Numbered from the stretch's first letter, positions 1 to 10,352 are shown. The stretch is 64,000 nt of DNA from an uncultured Ruficoccus sp. (GCA_965140785.1 OZ223519.1:32001-96000), one strand, 5' to 3'. Notes: generated by a model from the letters alone, not told the origin. Numbers and translations: made by a program.

Positions 1-975
1 GATGCACTTGGGGAAGCTGGAGAACGCGGTCTCGTTGCGGTGGATTTTGCCAATGAGCATATCGACGGCCGCCTTGCCCGCGTGGTGGTGGTTCTGGCTC
101 ATCCCGGCCCACGCGGCCAGCGCAGGTTCGTGGTCGAGGTGGATGAGGCCGACATCGCGGGGCGCGAGGATATCGATCTCCTCCAGCCACGCCCGGATCT
201 CGGTGTGCAGGGTCAGGATGATGTCGGGACGGCGCTGCCGGAACCATTTTTGGAAGAGTTCCTTGCCCTCGCTCATGTACTCGAAGGGCATCAGCTTGCT
301 CTGCCAGGGTTGGGTCCGGAGTTGCACCAGATAGCCGCCCGTGAGACGATATTCGAGGATCTCATCAACGTAGGGATGGACGCAGAGCGCCGGTTTGCGG
401 TAGCCCAGTCGGTGCGCTTCGATCATCGCCTGGCGAACCGTGTTGTATTGGTCGTTAATGACGGAGGAGAGCGAGGTCCCGTCCGGGCGTTCCCCCAGGA
501 TGATGGCGGCGAAACGCTCCCACAGCGGCGCGTACTTGGCGGCGATGTCATCGTCGTGAAAAGGGCCAGTCACGATGAGGCCCTTGATCCCGCGGGTTTC
601 CAGCACCTTGGCGAGCCGCTGAGGGCGCATGGGCTCCTTGGCCAGGACAAAGTGGTCCACCGTGTAGCCGAGTTCGGCCGCCCGCTCCATGCTGGCGTGG
701 TTCCAGCTCAGGACCGTGTGCTCTTCGGCGTCCTTGCGGTGCTGCGCGGTGTTGATGACCGCCAGCGTGCATTTGTAGTTGGCGCTCTGGCCGGTGCGGA
801 CTTGGGCGATCAGTTGCGAGACAATGGGGTTGGGCTTGTAGCCTTCTTTTTCCGCGAGTTCCTGCACGCGCTTGCGCACTTGCGCGCTGATGCGGATGTC
901 GTTGCGGAGGGCGAGAGAGATGGTGGCAGGCGAGACGCCCGCCAGTTTGGCAAGGCTCCTGATCGTTGGGGGCAT
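1..975 (-). CDS. LacI-family transcriptional regulator (runs off the left window edge)
   Basis: Not in the ORF track; translated by hand from ATG at 975: MPPTIRSLAKLAGVSPATISLALRNDIRISAQVRKRVQELAEKEGYKPNPIVSQL (LacI HTH). The same frame at the window edge reads AVDMLIGKIHRNETAFSSFPKCI, resembling the C-termini of the other LacI proteins here. Confidence 0.92.
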   Translation of the reverse strand, partial: MPPTIRSLAKLAGVSPATISLALRNDIRISAQVRKRVQELAEKEGYKPNPIVSQLIAQVRTGQSANYKCTLAVINTAQHRKDAEEHTVLSWNHASMERAAELGYTVDHFVLAKEPMRPQRLAKVLETRGIKGLIVTGPFHDDDIAAKYAPLWERFAAIILGERPDGTSLSSVINDQYNTVRQAMIEAHRLGYRKPALCVHPYVDEILEYRLTGGYLVQLRTQPWQSKLMPFEYMSEGKELFQKWFRQRRPDIILTLHTEIRAWLEEIDILAPRDVGLIHLDHEPALAAWAGMSQNHHHAGKAAVDMLIGKIHRNETAFSSFPKCI

Positions 976-1018
976 AGCTCTTAGTTTGTCCTTGTGTATC
1001 CGATAATGTCAACGCGAA

Positions 1019-1031
1019 GTTAACTGTTTAA
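1019..1031 (+). promoter_or_regulatory. Starch-regulon operator-like box GTTAACTGTTTAA
   Basis: Lies between divergent lacI and the 1122 gene; related 13-mers recur in other intergenic regions of the starch locus. Confidence 0.6.
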
Positions 1032-1121
1032 GGGCTCGTCCTTTGATTAATTCCTCCCAGCGCCTCTTATGGTTATAACGATTTCCCCCTCCTTTCAGAC
1101 GAACCATAACTCAATCTGCCT

Positions 1122-3623
1122 GTGGCGACACCCTCGATCATTTACAAGGACCTGCTGTTTCAACCTCACACCGGAGCGAACGGTCTGCCAACGGTCGAAA
1201 TGGTCGATGAATCCGCCAGCGGCGCACGCGCCTATGAACTGCGGACGGACCGGCCCTTGCGGGATGAGTTTCCGCCCGACGGACGCATCCATATTGCGGA
1301 ACCGGAGGCAGGGCCACGCTGCCGCAGCGGCAGTATGCGCTTTGACGCGCTCTACGCGATGGCGGTCCAAGAGGCGCGGCAGAACGCCGTCTCCCGGGTC
1401 AGCGACGCCGACTACGCGCACGGCAAAGACTTCGAGGCGGATGTTTACCAGACCGGAGAAAAGTGGCACTTCGTGTGGACGCGGGATCTGGCCTACGCGC
1501 TTCACTTGGGGCTGGCTCTTTACGACCCCGAGCGTGCCCTCCGCTCGCTGCGCTTCAAAGCCTCGGACGTGAAGGCTTGCGTGGAGGGCGGATTCCGGCA
1601 CCAGATCGTGCAGGATACCGGCTCGGGCGGGAGCTACCCGGTCTCGACGGACCGTGTCGTCTGGGCGCTCGGTGCGCACCAGACTCTGTGCTGCTTGGAA
1701 CCGGCCCGGCGCCCGGCTTGGCGGGCGGAGGTGTTTCCGATCTTGCGTGACACCATCGAGCAGGACCGGCGGTTAATCTTCGACGGGGAGGACGGGTTGT
1801 ACCGCGGCGAGCAGTCGTTCCTGGATTGGCGGGAGCAGACTTATCCGCGATGGACCGAGGATAACGTGCTACCCATTGCCATGTCCAAGGCCCTCTCCGT
1901 CAACGTCGCCTATGTCTTTATGCTGGAGATGGCCTCGGTCTGCGCGGGCGAGCTGGGGCACACTGCCGAGCATGCGCGTTATGCGGGCTGGGCGCGTGAG
2001 CTGCGGGAGGCGGTCAACCGCGCCTTTTACGATGAACAGGAGGGCTTGTATCGGACCTATCTGTTGACGGAATTTGGCGAATACGCCTTGCCGGTCAAAC
2101 GCTACGACCTGCTCGGGCAATGCCTGGCGATCCTGTTTGAGGTTGCCGATGAAGGGCGTGCCCGGCGGATACTCTCCCGCTATCCGGTCGGACGGCACGG
2201 GCCGCCCGTGGTCTGGCCTCAGGAGGCCGGTGTCCCCATCTACCACAACCAGGGGATTTGGCCCTTCGTGACGGCCTACTGGATCAAGGCGGCCCGTAAG
2301 GTGAACCACGTCGCGGCGGTGGATGCCGGGGTCCGCTCCCTGATTGAGCTGGCCGCCTCCAATCTCTCCCATATGGAAAACTTCGATTTCGTGTCCGGGC
2401 TGGCCCATGTCACGGCGGGTGAACGGGTGGGGCCCGTGATCAACTCCCGGCGGCAACTGTGGTCGGTCGCCGGGTATTTGTCCCTCGTTCACGAGGTGGT
2501 GTTCGGCTTCCGGGCGACGGAGGAGGGACTCCGGCTGGAGCCCTACGTCACGGCCTGGATGCGGCGCTCGCTCTTTGCCCGGAGCGCGCACATGCAGATC
2601 GAGGGCTTGCCGTACCAGGGGACGGTCAACGACATTTTGGTTCACCTCCCGCCAGCGGCGGAGTTTCACTCCGCCGTCGCCCGTTGCGTCCGCGTGCTGC
2701 TCAACGGGGTGGATGTGACCGGGCGGACCCTTTGCGCCTCCGAGCTGAGCCCCTGCAACGCATGGGAGGTCTTCATGGAGGCTTCGGCTGACGATGTCCC
2801 AATCGAAAGACTCCACACGGTCAATGACCGGGACGGTATCTACTGTCCGGCGACCCCGGCATGGGGCGATGATGTCGCCGGGGCAATCCAGCCCGAGGAT
2901 GGCCGGTTGCGCCTGAGTTTTAAGCAACCCTCCGATCCCCGGCTCGTCGTCGATATTTTCCGCGATGGTCAGCTCTGTGCGCAGGGGCTCGCGCAGGGCG
3001 GGTGGGTGGACCCCGACTCGGGCGCGTACAGGGATCAAATCTACACCTACCACCTCGTGAGCCGCCATCTGGACTCGGGCTTCACGTCCCATCCGACACC
3101 GGGGCGCAGCTACCGCGGCGCCGGGCAGTCGGTCCATATCCCCGCCGCGCAGATCGCGTCAGCGGGCGGCCAGCGGAACGGGCGCGACAGCCTGGAGCGC
3201 TGGGGCAGGCCGGAGGATGTCATCGACCTGCGGGAGGTGAGGGTGCCCCGCTCCGGACGCTATGCCGTGAGGGTCGAATTCTCCAACGGCTCCGGCCCGG
3301 TCAACACCGGTATCACCTGTGCGGTGAAGCGCCTGGATGTGCTGGCCCAGGCCAGTGGCGAAGTAATCCGCTCGGCCTATGTGGTCATGCCGCAATCGGG
3401 CAGTTGGGATAAGTATGCGCTGTCCAACTCGCTGCTTGTTGATCTGGACGAGAAGGCGTATTATCGCCTGCGCTTGCTTGAAGACCCCCTCTCTCGGAAC
3501 ATGAGCTACCTTGCCAGCAACGAAAAGTACACGGCGCGGGCCGGTGGCGGCGACTCTTGCTATAACTTTATCAACCTGGCGGGAGTCCACCTCTCGCTTA
3601 TCAACGCCAGTCAGGACCAGTGA
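1122..3623 (+). CDS. Six-hairpin (alpha/alpha)6 glycosidase, amylo-alpha-1,6-glucosidase/debranching-like, with C-terminal beta-sandwich (CBM6/35-like)
   Basis: 833 aa. Motifs TGEKWHFVWTRDLAY, QDTGSGGSYPVSTDRVVW, GEQSFLDWREQTYP, YHNQGIWPFV, INSRRQLWS. No signal peptide. TGA overlaps the next ATG (TGATG at 3621-3625). Confidence 0.7.
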   Translation: MATPSIIYKDLLFQPHTGANGLPTVEMVDESASGARAYELRTDRPLRDEFPPDGRIHIAEPEAGPRCRSGSMRFDALYAMAVQEARQNAVSRVSDADYAHGKDFEADVYQTGEKWHFVWTRDLAYALHLGLALYDPERALRSLRFKASDVKACVEGGFRHQIVQDTGSGGSYPVSTDRVVWALGAHQTLCCLEPARRPAWRAEVFPILRDTIEQDRRLIFDGEDGLYRGEQSFLDWREQTYPRWTEDNVLPIAMSKALSVNVAYVFMLEMASVCAGELGHTAEHARYAGWARELREAVNRAFYDEQEGLYRTYLLTEFGEYALPVKRYDLLGQCLAILFEVADEGRARRILSRYPVGRHGPPVVWPQEAGVPIYHNQGIWPFVTAYWIKAARKVNHVAAVDAGVRSLIELAASNLSHMENFDFVSGLAHVTAGERVGPVINSRRQLWSVAGYLSLVHEVVFGFRATEEGLRLEPYVTAWMRRSLFARSAHMQIEGLPYQGTVNDILVHLPPAAEFHSAVARCVRVLLNGVDVTGRTLCASELSPCNAWEVFMEASADDVPIERLHTVNDRDGIYCPATPAWGDDVAGAIQPEDGRLRLSFKQPSDPRLVVDIFRDGQLCAQGLAQGGWVDPDSGAYRDQIYTYHLVSRHLDSGFTSHPTPGRSYRGAGQSVHIPAAQIASAGGQRNGRDSLERWGRPEDVIDLREVRVPRSGRYAVRVEFSNGSGPVNTGITCAVKRLDVLAQASGEVIRSAYVVMPQSGSWDKYALSNSLLVDLDEKAYYRLRLLEDPLSRNMSYLASNEKYTARAGGGDSCYNFINLAGVHLSLINASQDQ

Positions 3624-5812
3624 TGACACTGCCCCTTCCCCTGTTTCCCTCCCGCCTGCTGCTCGCGCTCGCTTTTGCCCTGATGCTTCTGGGCGCGTGC
3701 GCCGTGTCCGCAAAAACATCCGCATTCGAGGTGCCGATGAACGTAACATTTGAGCAATCGTTGGAGACCGACGGGCCTCCGCTGGTTGGCACCGCAGGGG
3801 TCTTGTTCCGTTTTACGCCCCCGGAGGAACTGGACGTGAAGCAGGTCCACCTGGCCGGTTCTTTCAACAGCTGGGCCAGTAACGACGATGGCGTGATCCG
3901 CGGCTCGCGCTTCGCGATGCGCCGGGCGGATTCCGGCGTCTGGTATAAGCTGATCGACCTGCCGGAGGCGCAGTTCGAGTACCAGTACGTGGTGGAAACC
4001 GCAGACGGGGCCATGATCTGGATCGCGGACCCGAATGTGGACGAGCGGGACGGGAGTAATTCGGTCGGGCACTTGGGCCGGATGGCTACGTTGCCGGGCG
4101 AAGTAGCAGCCGCGTTGCCCGAGGAATCGCCAGTGCTGCAACTGTCGGCGGGCAAGGTCTGGGTCGCCTCCGGCCAGCCGAACGAGATCAAGGCCCGCGT
4201 CCAGGCACCGGAGACCGGGATGACACTGCATATGCGCGTGACAACGCCTTGGGGGCGGGGGCTTTACTCGGCCTCCGAGCCGGTCAGGGGAGCGCAGAAC
4301 GTGCTGCCGGTGCCGGGCTTCCCCGCGAACGGCGGCTACGTGGCCCAGGTCGCGCTGACTTCGCCGAGCGGGGAAACGCTTGCCATCGAGCGGATCATCC
4401 TGTCGGTGACGGACGAGCCCGAAGACGATTTGCGCTACGGGTTTTTCGCCAGCTATCCCGGCGAGCCCGCGGATTATACGGCCAAGGCGGACATCCTGGC
4501 GGACCTGTACATCAACGCGGTCGAGTTCTACGATTACTTTCCGGCTCACGGTAACTATGCCCCGCAACGTGAAGCGTACAAGTTCGAGCCTTTCGGCATC
4601 GCCATCAACGGCCTCGACGTGAAGCAGAAAATCGAAGCCTGCCAGCGCAAGGGGATTCTGGCCCTGGCCTATATCGCCGCTTACGCCGCCTCCGAAAGCG
4701 TGTACCGCGAAATCCCCGACCCGATGACCGACGCCCAGGGCACGCCGAAGATCTTTAACGGCGAAATCATGACCGAACGCAGGGCTGACGCCGAAGGTAA
4801 ACAGAAATGGTTCTGGCTCATGAACATTTCCGAAGGGTCTCGCTGGCGCTCCTATATCATGCCGGAGCTGGAGCGTGCCCTTCGCCCAGGCGGCGGGGAT
4901 ATCGCGGCTTTTGACGGATTTGAGATCGACACCTACGGTGACAATGCCGATGCGCGCTTCTACGCGGACGGCAGCCGCTACGACGGCGAACCGCTTGCGG
5001 AGGTGCTTCAGGGCTTCGTCGCCGATGTCACCGAGATGACCCACCTGACCAAAGCGCACGGGCTGGTCTCCTTTAACAGTGTCAACGAGTTCGGGGTGGA
5101 AAACATGTACGGGGTGACGGATTTCCTCTTTCTGGAGATCTGGCGTTGGCACGCCCCCATGCTGAGCGATCTGGTCGATATCTGCTTCCATCACCGCGCG
5201 TCTCGCAACCAACGCGTCATCCTCAAGCTCTATCCCGCCGATATGGACCCGCCCCGCTCGACTTGGCCGACGCTGGCCCTGGCGCGTATCCTCGGCGCGA
5301 CCATGACGGGCGGCGGAAGCCTCATGGTGGTCGGTGAACCCGATGAGACAACGGGCAGTATGCACGCCCTGAACTCGCTGTACTACCCGGACCATCAGCC
5401 GCTGAGCGCCGCCAGCGAGGCCCTGCTCAAGGCCTACTACGCGCATGACGCCATGCTCTACGGCTACACACACGGGCGCGAGGTGGACAATTGGGATGCC
5501 TACGTCCCCGTCGAGGGTTGTGTGACCCGCTCCTTCCTCGCTCCTCGCCGCCGGGCGTTGTGTCTGCAAATGCTGAACGTTGGCAACCAGCCTAAGTGGT
5601 CGGAAGTCCCCGGCTCCGTTTCTGTGAAAAAGGACTTTCCCGTCTCGCTGGCGCTTCCCGACGGGGTGCGTCCGAGCGCTGTTTTCTACGCCAGCCCGGA
5701 CAGCCCGCAGTATCAGCTCCCGGTCGAGCTTCCCTTTGAGCTTCAGAATGGCCAAGTGCTGTTCACTGTCCCTGAGCTGGCTGTGTACGGCACCATCATC
5801 GTCCAATACTGA
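3623..5812 (+). CDS. GH66 dextranase/cycloisomaltooligosaccharide glucanotransferase-like protein with N-terminal CBM48/E-set-like domain
   Basis: Signal peptide; QVHLAGSFNSW...YQYVV (glycogen-binding E-set); GH66 motifs RYGFFASY, INAVEFYDY..H, ALAYIAAYAA, FDGFEIDTYG, FNSVNE, FLEIW. Confidence 0.8.
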   Translation: MTLPLPLFPSRLLLALAFALMLLGACAVSAKTSAFEVPMNVTFEQSLETDGPPLVGTAGVLFRFTPPEELDVKQVHLAGSFNSWASNDDGVIRGSRFAMRRADSGVWYKLIDLPEAQFEYQYVVETADGAMIWIADPNVDERDGSNSVGHLGRMATLPGEVAAALPEESPVLQLSAGKVWVASGQPNEIKARVQAPETGMTLHMRVTTPWGRGLYSASEPVRGAQNVLPVPGFPANGGYVAQVALTSPSGETLAIERIILSVTDEPEDDLRYGFFASYPGEPADYTAKADILADLYINAVEFYDYFPAHGNYAPQREAYKFEPFGIAINGLDVKQKIEACQRKGILALAYIAAYAASESVYREIPDPMTDAQGTPKIFNGEIMTERRADAEGKQKWFWLMNISEGSRWRSYIMPELERALRPGGGDIAAFDGFEIDTYGDNADARFYADGSRYDGEPLAEVLQGFVADVTEMTHLTKAHGLVSFNSVNEFGVENMYGVTDFLFLEIWRWHAPMLSDLVDICFHHRASRNQRVILKLYPADMDPPRSTWPTLALARILGATMTGGGSLMVVGEPDETTGSMHALNSLYYPDHQPLSAASEALLKAYYAHDAMLYGYTHGREVDNWDAYVPVEGCVTRSFLAPRRRALCLQMLNVGNQPKWSEVPGSVSVKKDFPVSLALPDGVRPSAVFYASPDSPQYQLPVELPFELQNGQVLFTVPELAVYGTIIVQY

Positions 5813-5817
5813 AAACG

Positions 5818-5830
5818 TTTAACTGTCAAA
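5818..5830 (+). promoter_or_regulatory. Starch-regulon operator-like box TTTAACTGTCAAA
   Basis: Matches the locus consensus; upstream of the PEP-CTERM gene at 6071. Confidence 0.55.
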
Positions 5831-6070
5831 TCTTGTCAGACTGGAGAATCCGCTCACTCTGAATAAGAGTCACCCTGTCATTGTTAATCAAGAATGTGTA
5901 CTTTTTCGCATGGACCAGGCACCTGGGGCTATCCGCTGGCAATCCCGGATTGCGCGGCGATCGGTTTATGGGTTTCAGCGCTTTGGTGTGCCTCAGGGGT
6001 ATGGAGCCCTTGGGGGGCCATGCGAGAGAGTACCTGCTTTCTATCTCACGCCTAACCCAACTGTCTAAAT

Positions 6071-6853
6071 ATGAATAAACTAACTAATCTTGTCCTCGCT
6101 CTTGCGAGCGGTATTGCGCTGCCTTCACTGGCCTTTTCAGCGACTGACGGCACGGATAATGCGAGCGCCTCCGCCTATGATAGCGGATGGGTGGATGGGA
6201 CCGATGGTTTCATCACCGGTCCCGGTGCCTATGGCATGTGGTTCCTCAACAGCGACACCTTGGATATCACCCACGAGACGGCCAGCGTCTCCAGCCTCAG
6301 CAATAATGCGCCCCTTCTGGATACCAACGGGGTGTCCTTCCGCATGGCCGGGAGCAATGGATCCGAGGCGACCGCGTTTCGCTTCATCGACCCGGCGGGC
6401 CTGAGCGCGGGGCAGAGCTTCTCCATCGACCTTGCGGTCAACTTCCGCAACGGCTACAAGGGGATTGACCTGCGCGGAACCTCGGAGGAAACCATCTTCA
6501 ACTTCAATGTCGGCGGCGACGACTATGTCGTGAACAGCGCCGCCACCGGTAACGGAAGCATCGGTAACTCCTATAGCGACGACACGCTCTTCCACATCGT
6601 CTTCACGCAAGACTCCGCCGCGGGCGGCACCTGGTCGATCACCCGCAGCGGCGGTGTGGAAGACTATGCCAGCGGTACCTACGATGGCGTGGCCCGGAGC
6701 ATCAAACTGTACGTGGGGAACACCGCCGGGACCGACGCCGACGCGCTGTTTATCAACAATCTCTCGACGATCCCCGAGCCGGGCCAGATGGCCGTCCTTT
6801 TCGGGGTGGTCGCTTATGGTCTTGTCGCCCTGCGCCGCCGTAGAAAGGGCTGA
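6071..6853 (+). CDS. PEP-CTERM sorting domain surface protein
   Basis: Signal peptide; C-terminal IPEPGQMAVLFGVVAYGLVALRRRRKG (PEP + transmembrane helix + Arg cluster). Confidence 0.92.
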   Translation: MNKLTNLVLALASGIALPSLAFSATDGTDNASASAYDSGWVDGTDGFITGPGAYGMWFLNSDTLDITHETASVSSLSNNAPLLDTNGVSFRMAGSNGSEATAFRFIDPAGLSAGQSFSIDLAVNFRNGYKGIDLRGTSEETIFNFNVGGDDYVVNSAATGNGSIGNSYSDDTLFHIVFTQDSAAGGTWSITRSGGVEDYASGTYDGVARSIKLYVGNTAGTDADALFINNLSTIPEPGQMAVLFGVVAYGLVALRRRRKG

Positions 6854-6883
6854 TTCGGGCGGTTTTGTTGTGCCAGTCAAAGA

Positions 6884-6916
6884 GCGGTCCGGCAGTGTAT
6901 GCCGGGCCGTTTTTTT
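6884..6916 (+). terminator. Intrinsic terminator
   Basis: GCGGTCCGGCA-gtgta-TGCCGGGCCGT hairpin followed by a T run, just after the stop codon. Confidence 0.8.
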
Positions 6917-7250
6917 GTGGGCAAAGACGGCCGGTGGGAGGGCGAGTTTTCGTTGGGTTGGGGCCAGGGCGGGTCTTGCCCGGAAGCCAGCAACGAAAGC
7001 GCTCTGCCATGCGCTGGGACAGGCACCATTCCGGGCCGCGGTTGAGGCCAGGGGATGCCTCGCGGATGGGCGCAATCTCTCAGTCCGTTTCGTGGCAGGG
7101 GTGATCATCGGGATAATCCGCGCTTCATCCGCGGCTTAGCAATGATCTCAACCATAATGAGACGCGTGGTGTGGGATGAGGCTTTTTACGGCTGCGCAGG
7201 GAAGCGTTGCTCACCGCATCGGTAGCGTTCCGGCATCGTTTCCTGGCCGA

Positions 7251-7304
7251 CAAAGAAGAAGGCCTGTGGCCCCGGTGTGCGCGTACCGCTCAGAGCCACA
7301 GGCC
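7251..7304 (-). terminator. Probable intrinsic terminator of the pullulanase gene
   Basis: Perfect 10-bp inverted repeat GGCCTGTGGC (7261-7270) / GCCACAGGCC (7295-7304), followed on the minus strand by TTCTTCTTTG. Confidence 0.65.
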
Positions 7305-7332
7305 GTGCGCCTGATCGTTGCGTGAAGAGGAT

Positions 7333-10212
7333 CTATTCCTGGTAAAGCACTGTGACGGCAGTGCCCTCGGCGACGATGCTGCCGGATACCGTGCGGCCGT
7401 TGCCCTGAGTGGGGTCGGCTTTCTCGATCGCGACGTGCCAGTCGCCCGAGGGGAGGGTGACGGTCGTGTTGGGGCCGCAGTTGTAGATCACGAAGATTTC
7501 GCTCCAACTGTCGCCGTTATTGGCGGCGCCGTGGATGTGGTTGACGAGGACCGTGGAAGTGGGGCTGTAGGTGGTGATATTGTCCGTGATCGCCTGCCAG
7601 GAGTTCATGCGAAAGCCGGGGTGAGCCCGCCGGGTGCTGATGATATCCTGATAGTAGGCGAAGATGTCGAGGTTGTCGGCCTTGCGCTGCCAGTCGAACT
7701 GGTTGATGGCGTCGGGCGACTTGTAGCTGTTGCTGTCGCCCTGCTTGGTGCGCAGGAACTCTTCGCCGCCGTGGAGAAAGGGTATGCCTTGCGAGGTCAG
7801 GACGATCCCGTTGGCGAAGGTCGAGATGCGCTTCTTGTAGGTCGGGTCGCTGACGCCGTTCAAGACTGCCCACGCTTCGATCTTGTCCCACAGGCAGAGG
7901 TTGTCGTGCGCGGAGACGTAGTTGATGCATTGCTCCGGGTCGTTGGCGAACATCGAGTCCCAGGTGTTGACCGTGGTGCTGGGGGTATAGGCGTAGCGGA
8001 TGCCTCCCCGGCTGCCGACCTGGATTTCCCACATATTGGCGAGCTGGTTGAAGGCGTATCCGCCGCCGTTGCCGTTGTCGTTGTTGCCCTTGATGGCTTC
8101 GCGCAGTTTCGGGTTGAAGCAGCCGACATGGGCGTCGGCGATGAGCCCGATCGTGCCCAGCCGCACGCGGTCGGCTTCGTCTGGATCGGTGGCGTAGCCG
8201 TTCCAGGGCTCGCCGTAGATCAGGAGTTGACGGTCGGGGAAGCGCGTCTCAAGGTAGCTGGCCCAGCCGGCCACTTCCGCGTAGTCGAAGATGCCGATCA
8301 GGTCGAAGCGGAATCCATCGACCCCGATCTCACCGGCCCAGTATTCGAGGGAGTCGCGGATCATGCGGCTGACCATGGGGACGCGCGGGTTGATCGAGTT
8401 GCCGGTCCCGGCCAGCCCGTAGGTCCCGGGCGCGTTGGTGTTGAAGTAATCCAGCGTGATGTCCGAGAACATGTTCTCGCCCTCGGGATGGGAGAACTGT
8501 TTGTTCCCGTAGGCATCCTCGGTCTCGATGACCCACGTGTGGTTGTAAACCACGTCCATGATGACGCGGATGCCATGCGCGTGCAGGATATCGATCATCT
8601 CCTTGAGCTCGCGGATGCGCCCGTGATAGTCGTAGGGATCGACCGCGTAGCGTTCCTCGGGGACATTGTAGTTTTCCGGGTCGTAGCCCCAGTTGTAACT
8701 GTCCGGCTGGTAATCGGGATCCTTGGCGGAGCAGGTCCCGTAGTCGTAGATGGGCAGGAGTTGGACATGGGTGACGCCCAGGTCGATCAAGTGCTGAAGC
8801 CCCGTGCTGACGCCGCTATAGCTAGTACCGGACTGGACCATCCCGAGGAACTTTCCGCGCTTGTCCGTGTCGACGCCGCTGGAACTGTGGATGGTGAAGT
8901 CGCGCACATGCACTTCATAGATGACGGCGTCCTCGCGCTCGGCCAGAGCGGGCGGGGCGACGCGTCCCCCGCTGGGGGTGGTTTGAAACGGGTCGATCAC
9001 GATGTTTGTGTCCGTGCCCGGCACAACCATGCGGCCATAGGGGTCGCGCACCTGCACATCGTCGATGAGGAAGTAGTACTCTTTCAAGACAAGGTCGCCG
9101 TAAACCTGAATGGCGTAAACATCGGTATAGTCGCCACTATCGGGCTGCTTGAGCATCGTGTACACATCCCCGTCGAGGCACAGCTTGACGTTGGCGGTGT
9201 CGGGGGACCAAATGGCGAAGGTGGTCAGCCCGGGTGAATAGGTGTGCCCTAGTTTGACCGGTTCGGCGGCGTCGGTCGATGTGACGGAGTAGGCGAGCGT
9301 GTCGTCGTCGAAGGTGATGACATAACGGCCCGGGGAGACGTGGATGTCGACGCCGCCGCTTTCGGCGATGCCATCAGGCTGGTTGTCGCCGTAGTACTCG
9401 GACCAGTCCCCGAAGCGGTCGAACTTGAACCGGTCAGAAGGCTGCCCGACGAAGTTGGCTTCGATCACCCAGGTGTGGTCACCGACGAAGCTCATGGGCG
9501 CGCTGCCCCATCCGTTGAGGGTCCCGCGGAAGTAAATCTGGTCGAAGTTGCGGGCGCTCATGTTGGCGAAGTTGTAGGTGTGCGTCTGGTCGTTGAGTGT
9601 GATGAGGTAGCTGCCGGCCTCCGGGATGGGAATGTCCCCGCCGTTGGACTCGACGGTGCCGTCGAGCGCCGTGTCGCCCAGTTTGCCCGACCAGTCCTGC
9701 GAGTGGTCGAAAACGAAGCGGTCGTTGGGGTCGCCGGAGAAGCTCAGCTCGGCTTGCCAGGTGTGATGATCAATCAGCGTCATCGGGCAGCTCAGGTCGA
9801 ATCCGTTGGCCGTGCCCCGGACATAGACCTCGGTGTAGTTGCGCCGGGTGACGGCGTAGGCGAGGGTCTCGTCGTCGAAGAGGATCCGGTACGAGCCCGG
9901 CCCCAGCGGCGGGTAGATGTCTCCGCCGCCGGGCTCGGTAATTCCGTTGGCGTCCGTGTCCCCGTAGGCCCCGGAGAAATCATAGGAGGTGTCGAACTTG
10001 AACCGGTCGTCGCCGTTGGCGTCACCGAGGCCGCTGAAGGTGGTATCGGTCAACCACAGGTGGTCGTCGATGAGCGTCATGGGCTGTGTGTTCCAGCCGT
10101 TGGGGGTGCCTCGAAAATGAAGCTGGCTGAAATTGCTGGCCTGGGCGAACGCGGGGCCGCCCGGGAGCAGGGCGAGGATCGTGAGGAGCAGATAACAAGG
10201 TCGGGTTTTCAT
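7333..10212 (-). CDS. pulA: Secreted type I pullulanase (GH13) with three N-terminal repeated binding modules
   Basis: Signal peptide; YNWGYDP signature; catalytic regions DGFRFDL, YGEPW, YVSAHDN; three repeats of RGTxNG(W/F)...F.FD. Confidence 0.92.
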   Translation of the reverse strand: MKTRPCYLLLTILALLPGGPAFAQASNFSQLHFRGTPNGWNTQPMTLIDDHLWLTDTTFSGLGDANGDDRFKFDTSYDFSGAYGDTDANGITEPGGGDIYPPLGPGSYRILFDDETLAYAVTRRNYTEVYVRGTANGFDLSCPMTLIDHHTWQAELSFSGDPNDRFVFDHSQDWSGKLGDTALDGTVESNGGDIPIPEAGSYLITLNDQTHTYNFANMSARNFDQIYFRGTLNGWGSAPMSFVGDHTWVIEANFVGQPSDRFKFDRFGDWSEYYGDNQPDGIAESGGVDIHVSPGRYVITFDDDTLAYSVTSTDAAEPVKLGHTYSPGLTTFAIWSPDTANVKLCLDGDVYTMLKQPDSGDYTDVYAIQVYGDLVLKEYYFLIDDVQVRDPYGRMVVPGTDTNIVIDPFQTTPSGGRVAPPALAEREDAVIYEVHVRDFTIHSSSGVDTDKRGKFLGMVQSGTSYSGVSTGLQHLIDLGVTHVQLLPIYDYGTCSAKDPDYQPDSYNWGYDPENYNVPEERYAVDPYDYHGRIRELKEMIDILHAHGIRVIMDVVYNHTWVIETEDAYGNKQFSHPEGENMFSDITLDYFNTNAPGTYGLAGTGNSINPRVPMVSRMIRDSLEYWAGEIGVDGFRFDLIGIFDYAEVAGWASYLETRFPDRQLLIYGEPWNGYATDPDEADRVRLGTIGLIADAHVGCFNPKLREAIKGNNDNGNGGGYAFNQLANMWEIQVGSRGGIRYAYTPSTTVNTWDSMFANDPEQCINYVSAHDNLCLWDKIEAWAVLNGVSDPTYKKRISTFANGIVLTSQGIPFLHGGEEFLRTKQGDSNSYKSPDAINQFDWQRKADNLDIFAYYQDIISTRRAHPGFRMNSWQAITDNITTYSPTSTVLVNHIHGAANNGDSWSEIFVIYNCGPNTTVTLPSGDWHVAIEKADPTQGNGRTVSGSIVAEGTAVTVLYQE

Positions 10213-10352
10213 ACGGATACTTTGCTTGGGGGTGGTGTGGCTGACCTCTGGCGCTGCGGATGGGATCCGTCCTGCCTGTCAGGTGATCGGTGAGGTGAGA
10301 ATCACAGGCGGAACGCTACCCGCGTTCGGCGAAGCTTGTAATCCCTTTGAGT

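Noticed and set aside
40..984. 314-aa plus-strand ORF and other long antisense ORFs (3611-5806, 7318-9237, 10655-13795, 16351-19296)
   Set aside because: Shadow frames opposite well-supported genes in high-GC3 DNA; no recognisable motifs.
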